Under the pieces are notes generated by a model. It saw nothing but the letters and a program-made list of their open reading frames with translations. It was not told where the DNA came from and made no database searches. Below are positions 38,146-46,939 of a DNA stretch of 64,000 bases, piece after piece (the first letter of the stretch is position 1; every line of letters starts with the position of its first letter). The translations under genes and the position numbers were made by a program. The DNA is taken from IMG/VR virus record IMGVR_UViG_3300035208_002115; one strand, 5' to 3'. This stretch comes from a virus. Lineage: Duplodnaviria; Caudoviricetes.

Positions 38146-38967
38146 TTAATGACCTTTTAATTTATTTAAAGTTTCTTTATTTTGTTTAACATATTTATTC
38201 AACCCAGATGCTGCTGATTGCATACCATGTAATAAAATTGCATATGATTTATCTTGTTTCCATGCTAAATCATCATTTATATCCACCATTAATTGTTTTT
38301 CTGTGGCTTCTTCTACATTTTTAACTACCTCAACATACTTTAAATTATATTGTTTAATTAACTCATCGTTTGTTCCACCAACAGATGCATTTAATTTTAA
38401 GTTTGATGGTATATCTTTTAATCTATTAATCCAATATTTTAATGATTTGGTGTATGTATAAAATATAGTATTTGGTAGTTCTTTAGCAACTTCAACCCAT
38501 GCATCAAAATATTCCTGAGAGAAGAAATCTCCACTTTCATGTAATCTAAACACTGGAACACCGAATGGAAATTTATAAACAATAGAACGTTTTATTAAAC
38601 TCGTCATTTCATCGACACCTTTACAAGTTTTTAATAATTCAAAATTTGACATATTTCTTTTTCTTGTATTCGGAAATGTTTTTTCCTGATTAGCAGCGTA
38701 ACAAGTAAAATCCCCGAACGTTCTTAATTTAGGTCTACCAGTTTCTTTATCATCTTGAACTCTTGATTTACAATCTTTAGCAAACGGACATGTATAACCT
38801 GCTGGAAGTGATAAATATGGATGTGCTATTTTAGCATTTCCAGTAGCAGTTATATTTAAAAGACATACATCTTTAGTTTTACTTTCAGGTTGTTCTTCAG
38901 TTTGTTTTGTTTTCAAATGCGAAAACGGGTCGAATTCGTTATATTCCAGTATTAAATATCGCCTCAT
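38146..38967 (-). CDS. GP88-like (radical-SAM-related) phage protein
   Basis: LSLPAGYTCPFAKDC...CYAA, FRLHESGDFFSQEY, FYTYTKS, NLKLNASVGG. Confidence 0.75.
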   Translation of the reverse strand: MRRYLILEYNEFDPFSHLKTKQTEEQPESKTKDVCLLNITATGNAKIAHPYLSLPAGYTCPFAKDCKSRVQDDKETGRPKLRTFGDFTCYAANQEKTFPNTRKRNMSNFELLKTCKGVDEMTSLIKRSIVYKFPFGVPVFRLHESGDFFSQEYFDAWVEVAKELPNTIFYTYTKSLKYWINRLKDIPSNLKLNASVGGTNDELIKQYNLKYVEVVKNVEEATEKQLMVDINDDLAWKQDKSYAILLHGMQSAASGLNKYVKQNKETLNKLKGH

Positions 38968-39026
38968 TATTAAACATTTTATTTTATTCTATATATAAAA
39001 AATATAAATTGAAATAATTTAGTATA

Positions 39027-39374
39027 ATGAAATTAGCAATAGTTGGGTCACGGGATTTTAACGATTTTGAATACTTAAAAAAGGTATTAGAACCAATTAA
39101 GAACAAAGTAACACTTGTCGTTTCTGGTGGTGCTAAAGGTGCTGATTCACTTGGAGAACGATGGGCTAAAGAAAATAATATACTTACTCAAATATTTTAT
39201 CCAGATTGGAATAAATTTGGAAAATCGGCTGGTTATAGAAGAAACGTTGATATTGTTAATAACAGTGATGCTGTTGTTGCTTTTCAAATAAATGATAGTA
39301 AAGGCACACAACACACAATCGATATAGCAATGGAGAAAAATAAAAAAGTGAAGGTATTTAAACTTTATACTTAA
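39027..39374 (+). CDS. DUF2493 / SLOG-superfamily (YspA-like) protein
   Basis: LAIVGSRDF, VVSGGAKGADSLGE, GKSAGYRRN, SKGTQHTI. Confidence 0.88.
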   Translation: MKLAIVGSRDFNDFEYLKKVLEPIKNKVTLVVSGGAKGADSLGERWAKENNILTQIFYPDWNKFGKSAGYRRNVDIVNNSDAVVAFQINDSKGTQHTIDIAMEKNKKVKVFKLYT

Positions 39375-39470
39375 CCGAATATAATATTAACTATTATACA
39401 AATTATTAAAATAGGTGAAAATATTATTAATAATATAAGTCCTGTTAATCTGGTTAACATAATTGATGTT

Positions 39471-40037
39471 TTAATGGTCGATATTAAATTTTCCTTCTAT
39501 TTTAATGGTGTTTGTTGGTACAATCAAATATAATTCATTATAATTTTTTTCCCAATATCCAATAGTTTCTTTCCGATTCCAAAACCATCTGGATTTAAAA
39601 GCTTTTTGTACGTCCCTTTTATAATAATTTTTAATTTTAGGTACTTCCGAATCACTTCTATTTAGATATGTATTATAAGCATCCAGTTTTATTCTTTTCA
39701 AGCTAACCTCATTATTATTTCCATCGGTTTTGTATTTACCATATGTTATATAATAATCATCGACACTCCCGTTAATAGAACCACAACCCAGAAAGAAACT
39801 ACCATTTAATTTAAATTTTTCATCTTGTGTTAATGATGCTATAAGAATGGATTTATATTCTGTTGAATTTAAATTATTTTCGGTAGCATAATTTATCCTT
39901 AATATTACAACAACAATTAGATAAATTATGACAGAGACTACAACTGTACCAGCAACATCTGAGCCATCTTCTTGTATTTTATAAGCTATTATACCAGCAA
40001 GAATAGTTGCTACAATCCAAATTAAAAGTAAATACAT
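39471..40037 (-). CDS. two-TM membrane protein
   Basis: Two N-terminal TM helices; GSFFLGCGSI. Confidence 0.65.
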   Translation of the reverse strand: MYLLLIWIVATILAGIIAYKIQEDGSDVAGTVVVSVIIYLIVVVILRINYATENNLNSTEYKSILIASLTQDEKFKLNGSFFLGCGSINGSVDDYYITYGKYKTDGNNNEVSLKRIKLDAYNTYLNRSDSEVPKIKNYYKRDVQKAFKSRWFWNRKETIGYWEKNYNELYLIVPTNTIKIEGKFNIDH

Positions 40038-40223
40038 AATATTATTTTTTATTTTTATAATGATTTTGAAATCTCTCGTTTTCTTCTTTAGTTAGATTAC
40101 CACCCACCCAATCCAATATACCCAAGTTCTTATCAATTTCCCACTGTCTTTCGGGAGACAATTTAAAAAAATTGCTTGGTCTTTGGAACGATGCTTCGAA
40201 CATTTCTTTTTGATTCATGGTTT

Positions 40224-40859
40224 TTATTTTGTTATAACATCGTCATCATCACCGAATATTGTATAAATTTTATACGCCCTGATGAACTGAATCATACCTT
40301 TGTTAATGTTTTTAACAGAATCAGAATAGTGAAATTTCCTTTTCAGGTCATTCATAGCATCATCTAAACGTAATAAAAAGTGTTCAGGTGTATCCATAGT
40401 TCTGATATTATTGACAGTCTTTCCGTCTAACAATCTTTTCATGAAAAAAGACTGTTCAATAGAATCCAGAACTTCTTTTGATTTTTCATCGATATTTCGA
40501 ATTAATTCCATTGTTTTTTCATTACATGAAATTAATTCGAATTCTATTTTATTAACATCACTCAGTTTTGCCCAGAAACGAACGCCAGCGTATATATGTT
40601 TTTTATTTTTATCTTTTGGTATTCTAAATGTCAGTGAACTGAAATCACTAACACCTTTTCGGATATATACCCTGTCAACAGTCAAAATAGTATCTATTGG
40701 TATCGTAACTAAATAGTTTTTTTCACCACTTCGACTCCAACTAAATGTACCACCGATTTTTTCAATCATAGTTTTATTACGATATTCTGAATAAAGTATA
40801 AAATTCCAATCTTTAGTCAATTGTAACTGGCTTCCTATTTCGGGTAAAAATAAGTTCAT
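40224..40859 (-). CDS. conserved jumbo-phage hypothetical protein with C-terminal RxxK motif
   Basis: LFLPEIG..L.L..DW.F.LY.E.RN, VDRVYIRKG..DFSSLTF, RFWAKL.DVN; ends IRAYKIYTIFGD. Confidence 0.7.
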   Translation of the reverse strand: MNLFLPEIGSQLQLTKDWNFILYSEYRNKTMIEKIGGTFSWSRSGEKNYLVTIPIDTILTVDRVYIRKGVSDFSSLTFRIPKDKNKKHIYAGVRFWAKLSDVNKIEFELISCNEKTMELIRNIDEKSKEVLDSIEQSFFMKRLLDGKTVNNIRTMDTPEHFLLRLDDAMNDLKRKFHYSDSVKNINKGMIQFIRAYKIYTIFGDDDDVITK

Positions 40860-40864
40860 GATTT

Positions 40865-41695
40865 TTAAGTTAGAGTGTTAAAGTCGTGGTCAATTTCCTT
40901 GACATATTCAATGAATTTCATTGTATTTTTTACATCTGGTGTTCTATGACCTAAATTAATACTATAATCTTTTAAAATTTTAGTTGGAGAACCACCCAAT
41001 ATGATAATACGGTTAGATAAATAAACAGCCTCGGAAATGTCATGAGTTACTAAAAGAAATGTTATGTCTATTTCTGTATTGTAAAATAAAGTTAGTAAAA
41101 GACTTCTGATTTCATTTTTAGTTATGATATCCAGTGCAGACATAGGTTCATCCAATAAAAGTATTTGTGGATTAGAAACCAAATTTCTGGCAATAGCAAC
41201 TCTCTGTAATTGTCCACCAGAAAGCTGGCCTTGTTTTGCCCATTTATATTCATGACCAGATAAACCAACGAAATCTATCATTTTGATAGCTTTTTCTTCT
41301 GCTTCTTTTTTGTTTGCCCCCTTTAAAATTAAAGGTAACGATACGTTTTGTAGAACGGTGTACCAAGGAAATGATGAATATTCTTGGAATATCATCGGTA
41401 TACGATTATCAGCAGAATGTTTTTTGCCATATATTAGAATTTCACCAGAAGTTGGTGTTTGTAAATCTGATAAATACTTTAGTAACTGTGATTTTCCACA
41501 TCCAGAACGACCAATAATTGTTGTAAATTGTCCTTCATTTTCAATATCATCAATTGCTAAATTGAAGTTATCAAATAACACACGACCATTTTCAAATTTT
41601 TGAGTTATATTAATATAATCAATAACATGAACCCCATTTGTAATAGTTGGGTCTGGTTGTATATTCGTTTTTATATTTTCATCAAAATAATTCAT
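40865..41695 (-). CDS. ABC transporter ATP-binding protein (TauB/SsuB/NrtD-like)
   Basis: GRSGCGKS, LSGGQLQRVAIAR, LLLDEP, VTHDISEAVYLS. Confidence 0.95.
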   Translation of the reverse strand: MNYFDENIKTNIQPDPTITNGVHVIDYINITQKFENGRVLFDNFNLAIDDIENEGQFTTIIGRSGCGKSQLLKYLSDLQTPTSGEILIYGKKHSADNRIPMIFQEYSSFPWYTVLQNVSLPLILKGANKKEAEEKAIKMIDFVGLSGHEYKWAKQGQLSGGQLQRVAIARNLVSNPQILLLDEPMSALDIITKNEIRSLLLTLFYNTEIDITFLLVTHDISEAVYLSNRIIILGGSPTKILKDYSINLGHRTPDVKNTMKFIEYVKEIDHDFNTLT

Positions 41696-41696
41696 A

Positions 41697-42908
41697 TTAT
41701 TTTACAAGATTTAGTTTTTGTAAAAATGTTTTCTTTGTTTGTGGCGGTGTAGTCGGATTGTTTGGTGGTGACTTTATTATATTTTTCTTACGATAAATAT
41801 TATAATCATGAGGAAACATAAGTTTATGACTTAAATAAAATAAAACATCTTGTAACATTCCAACAACAATTATTATAATCAAAACTGACATAATAATATC
41901 AGTTCTACTTGTTTTTTCACCATTAAATATCATAGCACCAACACCGCCTTCTTTATTTATAAGTTCGGCTACAATGATATAAGTCCAAGATATAGCAACA
42001 AGTAATCTAACATCTTTCCAAAATTTTGGCATGGTAGATTTCCAATATACGTATATGAATTTCTGCCATTTTGATGCACCTAATGTATGTATAATTTGTT
42101 TATGAATACTATCAATATCATCAACCCTCTGAATCATTGCAGGTAAAAGATAAATTAATATAGAAAATCCCATAAAGTAAATTTTCATATCGAATTTAAT
42201 TCCAAACCATGCTATAAAAAGACCCGTTACGGCTGTGAGGGGTAAATAACGAGAAGCATTAATATTTGCACTAAACAAACCCCTAAATGCAGGGAATAGC
42301 GAAATAGCGAAACCAAATGGTATAGTAATCAACATTGCTGTTAAATAACCTGATAAATTCAATTTAACAGAATACCAAATGTTTATATAAGTATTACTTT
42401 GATGTAAAAGTTCTTTAAGTGTTATTAGTACTGTAAATGGTGATGGAAGTATTTGAGGTTTATTAAACTGACATAAAACTATCCAAGTCAATAAAAAACC
42501 TATAACACCAAGTACAGAAAGAAATAAATGAATTTTGTTATTAACTTTTCCATCCATTTCATAAATACCGTATTTCTTCATATAAACAAGAATTCCGATA
42601 TATAATGCAATACTGGATAATAATATTTTATTTAAACCAAACAGTCCTTTGAAAAAATGAAAGATTACTGAATGAAAACATATAAATAAAAAAATAGTTA
42701 TACCTATTTTTATTATTAACAGCCTCGTCTTCTTATTCAAATTTTTCATATAGAATAGTACCCCGATACCTATCACTATAATAAATACCAATATTTTACT
42801 CAAAATAGGTAAATCTCTTAAAAAATGAAGTATGGTTACGGGAAAACAAATAAAACCTATAAGCATCACACTGATACTTATAATTATCCACATAGTTTTT
42901 TTACTCAT
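41697..42908 (-). CDS. ABC transporter permease (TauC/SsuC-like) with extra N-terminal TM helices
   Basis: ILPSP, RYLPLTA, TLGASKWQ EAA-loop, SWTYIIVAEL. Confidence 0.9.
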   Translation of the reverse strand: MSKKTMWIIISISVMLIGFICFPVTILHFLRDLPILSKILVFIIVIGIGVLFYMKNLNKKTRLLIIKIGITIFLFICFHSVIFHFFKGLFGLNKILLSSIALYIGILVYMKKYGIYEMDGKVNNKIHLFLSVLGVIGFLLTWIVLCQFNKPQILPSPFTVLITLKELLHQSNTYINIWYSVKLNLSGYLTAMLITIPFGFAISLFPAFRGLFSANINASRYLPLTAVTGLFIAWFGIKFDMKIYFMGFSILIYLLPAMIQRVDDIDSIHKQIIHTLGASKWQKFIYVYWKSTMPKFWKDVRLLVAISWTYIIVAELINKEGGVGAMIFNGEKTSRTDIIMSVLIIIIVVGMLQDVLFYLSHKLMFPHDYNIYRKKNIIKSPPNNPTTPPQTKKTFLQKLNLVK

Positions 42909-42910
42909 TA

Positions 42911-43093
42911 TTATTGTTTTTTAGAAAATCTTCTATTCAAATATATACCAAAACCAATACCAAGCCCAATCAGTAATAAAAAGAAGAAGCCAATCAATGC
43001 TTTTAAAGCACCAACTATAAAAGGAAATATAAAATACCCAGCACCACCAAGTATAATTATAACCAGTAATATAATAAATAACACCCTATTCAT
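42911..43093 (-). CDS. small two-TM protein
   Basis: 60 aa, highly hydrophobic. Confidence 0.65.
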   Translation of the reverse strand: MNRVLFIILLVIIILGGAGYFIFPFIVGALKALIGFFFLLLIGLGIGFGIYLNRRFSKKQ

Positions 43094-43175
43094 AATTTTA
43101 ATTTTTTATATGATATTTAAAGAGAGGATGGTGATTTCTCACCATCCACTCAATCCAAATAAACAATACAACAAT

Positions 43176-44738
43176 TTAATTGATAACTTCAAAGTCAGTT
43201 CTACGATAATTTTCATTAGAACCAACACTTCCATCAGCAATAGCTTCCATAGACCCATTTCCAATTATAATAAATTTGTTTGGGTCAAAATTACCTTCTT
43301 TCACTAAGAAATTAGCAACGGCTTGCGCTCTTTTTTGAGATAATGTTTTATTATAGGCTGCATTACCAACGTTATCGGTATTTCCTTTAATACGAATACG
43401 TGCATCTCTTAATGATTTTGCTATACCGAAAAATTCTTTTTTGATGATGTATTTAGCATCTTCATCTAATTCGTAAGAGTTAGTAGCAAAATTGATAGAG
43501 GCTTTAATATTAGAAATAGCAGGTGCAGTAGACATTTCTTTAGTAATTGGTTCGAATTTTGGTGCTACTTCTGCTATTTGCTTAGAATCACTGGATAAAT
43601 CGATAGCTTGTATTATTGAAATATCAGATACACTTCTCCAAGGAAGTGGTGACTTTGTTTGTCCAAGATTAGAATATATAACAGACATTTTTGTATACAT
43701 TTCATCACCTGTTACACCAGTATAACTTGGATTTAACCCGAAAAAGTTTACATTATCACCATAAGTGCAAAATCTAACCGCACCTAACATATCATAAGCT
43801 AAACCTGCATCAGATTCGTTACCTAAAAAATCTCTTGCAAAAACCTTTGCTACATGTTGTTTAGCTGTTTCACTATAAGTAACTTCAGCATTACCAATCA
43901 TCCAAGCGGTAACTAACTTTTCAATAGCTTCTCTCTTTTTATTAATAGTTTCTTCAGAGAATAACATACCATCAGATACAATATTAGATGCCATTTTAGT
44001 ATTAATAAGCTCTTTTGCGCCAGCAATTGCTTTTATACAATCAACATTATCTGGATACCACACCATTGCAGCAGGTACAGAACCAGCTTTAAACATGCGA
44101 GAAGCTTCAATACCATCACGACATTCAATGATATTTATATCTTTCAAGGTCATTTTGTTCAACTCCAAAAATTTAATTAAAGCTGTTTGTGAGGCTGTAC
44201 CCATAGCAACAGCTACATCTTTACCTTTTAAATCTGAAATCTTTTTTATTGAAGGGTCAACAACCAGTGCATCAGCACCACGACTGATATTAACTGAAAA
44301 TACTTGTTTTGCTTTTACCATTGAAACTGTACTTCCAGCACCCATATCAATAGATAATGCATCAGTTGTACAATAAACACCATCAATTTCACCAGAAGTT
44401 AAAGAACTACGACTATTAGATACAACATCTTGAATATTTATAGTAAGTAATATTCCATATTCTTTGTACAATCTGGAATCTTTATTTGGAACGATACCAT
44501 CATTCATTTCTAACATACCTGCACAACCAATGAATGTGTTGTAAGTAATGGTTAGTTTGACTCCAGATGAAAAGATATCTGAAATACCACCACCAGAAGA
44601 TTTTTTTTCTGTTGATGTAGATTTAGAACCCGAATCTTTAATATTGGGTTTAATTACGAAAATAAAAAGAGCTGCTAATGCTGCTGCTATAATTATAGCA
44701 GCAGTAGCTTTACCTGCATTTGTTAATCCTGATAACAT
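43176..44738 (-). CDS. ABC substrate-binding (NMT1/SsuA-like) protein fused to a C-terminal OmpA peptidoglycan-binding domain
   Basis: N-terminal TM; SRGADALV, DLKGKDVA; INFATNS...IKGNTDNVGNAAYNKTLSQKRAQAV...RRTDF. Confidence 0.88.
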   Translation of the reverse strand: MLSGLTNAGKATAAIIIAAALAALFIFVIKPNIKDSGSKSTSTEKKSSGGGISDIFSSGVKLTITYNTFIGCAGMLEMNDGIVPNKDSRLYKEYGILLTINIQDVVSNSRSSLTSGEIDGVYCTTDALSIDMGAGSTVSMVKAKQVFSVNISRGADALVVDPSIKKISDLKGKDVAVAMGTASQTALIKFLELNKMTLKDINIIECRDGIEASRMFKAGSVPAAMVWYPDNVDCIKAIAGAKELINTKMASNIVSDGMLFSEETINKKREAIEKLVTAWMIGNAEVTYSETAKQHVAKVFARDFLGNESDAGLAYDMLGAVRFCTYGDNVNFFGLNPSYTGVTGDEMYTKMSVIYSNLGQTKSPLPWRSVSDISIIQAIDLSSDSKQIAEVAPKFEPITKEMSTAPAISNIKASINFATNSYELDEDAKYIIKKEFFGIAKSLRDARIRIKGNTDNVGNAAYNKTLSQKRAQAVANFLVKEGNFDPNKFIIIGNGSMEAIADGSVGSNENYRRTDFEVIN

Positions 44739-44764
44739 AGTTGTATGTTTTAATTGGTTAATAA

Positions 44765-45790
44765 TTAATTTTCATCGAAATATTTGTTACTGACCGAATT
44801 ACCAGTCGAAATTGGAGCAAAATTGGCAGTTTGAAAAATAGGAGTTGGCTGATTTTTCCCTGAAGGTAATTCTTTAAATTTATCTAAAATACCATCAAGT
44901 CCAAGTTTTTCATATTTTTCAAGTAATTGACTACCTTGAATAGACATAACTTCTTTCCTAACATCAAGTTTACCAATAATGCCATTGGTTTCGTTAAGAA
45001 CGAGTTCCATTTCACCTAATTTTGAACTAATATCATCAGACATTTTATCAATAGCAGATTGGAACAGTGCATTTTCGTCTGGGTCTCCACTCATAGCAGA
45101 CATAGCTGCTTTATAGGCATTATATGACATAGCAGCAATTTTATATCTTTCTTTTATTGCTTCTACTTCATTCTTAGCATCTTCAACGGTTAGTTTAGCC
45201 ATATCTAATAACTTTTTCAATGTCGTATACCACTTACTAACACTATTGAGTGTTTCGATATACATATTGGCTAAATCAGTTTGTCGAATCATTTCACGTT
45301 TAGCAATTAAAGCTCGGTCTGTGTCACCCTCTTTTTCAAACACCAACGCTACATCAGCTTGGTCTTTAATTAGCTTTCTTTTTGTTTTTATTTTACCTTC
45401 AATATCACTTTTAATACCGCCTAAGTTACCAGTGCATCTTTCACTCTTAGCAATATTATTTTCCATTTGCTCAATTCTTCGGTCGAGAATTTTATCTGGT
45501 GCTATTTGTACAAATATACCATATATTTTTTTCATTAAAATATAATAACCAACACTAAGCCCCATACGGAATTTTTTGTCAGTTAAGAGAAATAATACTA
45601 CACCAATACCACAAAGGGTTAAAATCGCATATAAAGTACTCTGGAATAGGAATAGTAGTTTTGGTGATAATAATATAAAAGTTATTATACCACCAACTAA
45701 TAATACTGTGGCAAATCCACCGCCTTTTTGTTTCCATAAAGGTTTACGTTCCCCATTCTGCATAGATGGGGGTAAAAAATTATTTATCAT
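44765..45790 (-). CDS. membrane-anchored PspA/IM30-like coiled-coil protein
   Basis: Two TM helices then long heptad helices; P..IL...I..ME pattern. Confidence 0.55.
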   Translation of the reverse strand: MINNFLPPSMQNGERKPLWKQKGGGFATVLLVGGIITFILLSPKLLFLFQSTLYAILTLCGIGVVLFLLTDKKFRMGLSVGYYILMKKIYGIFVQIAPDKILDRRIEQMENNIAKSERCTGNLGGIKSDIEGKIKTKRKLIKDQADVALVFEKEGDTDRALIAKREMIRQTDLANMYIETLNSVSKWYTTLKKLLDMAKLTVEDAKNEVEAIKERYKIAAMSYNAYKAAMSAMSGDPDENALFQSAIDKMSDDISSKLGEMELVLNETNGIIGKLDVRKEVMSIQGSQLLEKYEKLGLDGILDKFKELPSGKNQPTPIFQTANFAPISTGNSVSNKYFDEN

Positions 45791-45801
45791 AGTTATTATT
45801 T

Positions 45802-46449
45802 TTATTGGATGAATTGTGTGATTTTTACCTTATCTGCTTCCATAGTTCCTAAAATGTGAGCCATAGTAGCATCGAAATTGGATTCGACTTGTTTGAGTTT
45901 CAATTCCTCTTGTTGAGCCTTTTGAGATTCTTCAATGATGAACTGATTCAGAGTTGTTTGTTCTTTCTGTAAATCCAGAAGTTTTTGTTGGGCATCGGCA
46001 ACCGCTTTAGTTTTGTTACCAACGGATTCATTAAAACGCTTTTTTAAATCAGCAGAAAAACTTTCTTTTTCTTTATTCAATAATTGAATATAAGTGTCAA
46101 TAGAACTAAGCAGTTTTTCTTTTGAGATGTCGGGAGCTGATGTTTTAATAGTTGAAAATGCTGCGAGCATTCTTGTCTTTTCATCAGGAATGATATTAGA
46201 CAGTTGTCCAACTGCTAATGATAATTCATAATAATCAGCCCCAGCTATGTTATTTCTTTCAATAACTTCTTTTAGGCTTTGTAATATTTTTTCATTAATC
46301 ATTCCTTGAACACCAGCCGAATAAATTGGCTGAATGTTTTGTTGGTTCACAGGTTGCTGAACGGGATTAGAAGCAGCACCCTTTACTTCAGAAGATTTTT
46401 TCTCATCTTCTTTGATAAAAATAGATTTAAATTTACTCATGTCGTACAA
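45802..46449 (-). CDS. coiled-coil protein, first gene of the ABC/OmpA operon
   Basis: N..GADYYEL motif, long coiled coil. Confidence 0.65.
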   Translation of the reverse strand: MYDMSKFKSIFIKEDEKKSSEVKGAASNPVQQPVNQQNIQPIYSAGVQGMINEKILQSLKEVIERNNIAGADYYELSLAVGQLSNIIPDEKTRMLAAFSTIKTSAPDISKEKLLSSIDTYIQLLNKEKESFSADLKKRFNESVGNKTKAVADAQQKLLDLQKEQTTLNQFIIEESQKAQQEELKLKQVESNFDATMAHILGTMEADKVKITQFIQ

Positions 46450-46939
46450 TTTTAATTGTATTATTTATTTGAAATATTTATTTGAGGTAACAAAGCTAAT
46501 AACATTTTTTATATAACAAAAAAATTGTAGAAGATATTTTTTAAATATTTAATATTTTTTGATTAAATAAACTAATAGATGTATTAAATTTATATGAAAT
46601 GTACTGAAGATATGTGAATTATGTAATATAATAATAAAATTATGTAATATTTCTATTATATAAAAGGTATAATTTTGGTCATGTTTATTATTCTAAATGA
46701 ACAATATCACACAAAACATGTTTATCTAATAAGTATAAACAATATATAACATGAAAAATATAAAAATACCATCCGCTTATAATTTAATTTTTTATATTTT
46801 TATTCTCCACCATAGATATAAATGATTTTAATCATATAATATAGGTGATATTCAATATATTTAATCAAATATGTGTGTTTAAAATCATTATATGTTATAT
46901 TTTTATTTACTTTTGTATCAAATTTAATAATTAAAATTT

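Noticed and set aside
31052-46449. Bacterial chromosome or integrated prophage boundary at the PorP or ABC genes
   Set aside because: These genes are interleaved with phage-type genes and share their promoter motifs and base composition; no integrase, att site or core bacterial genes seen.
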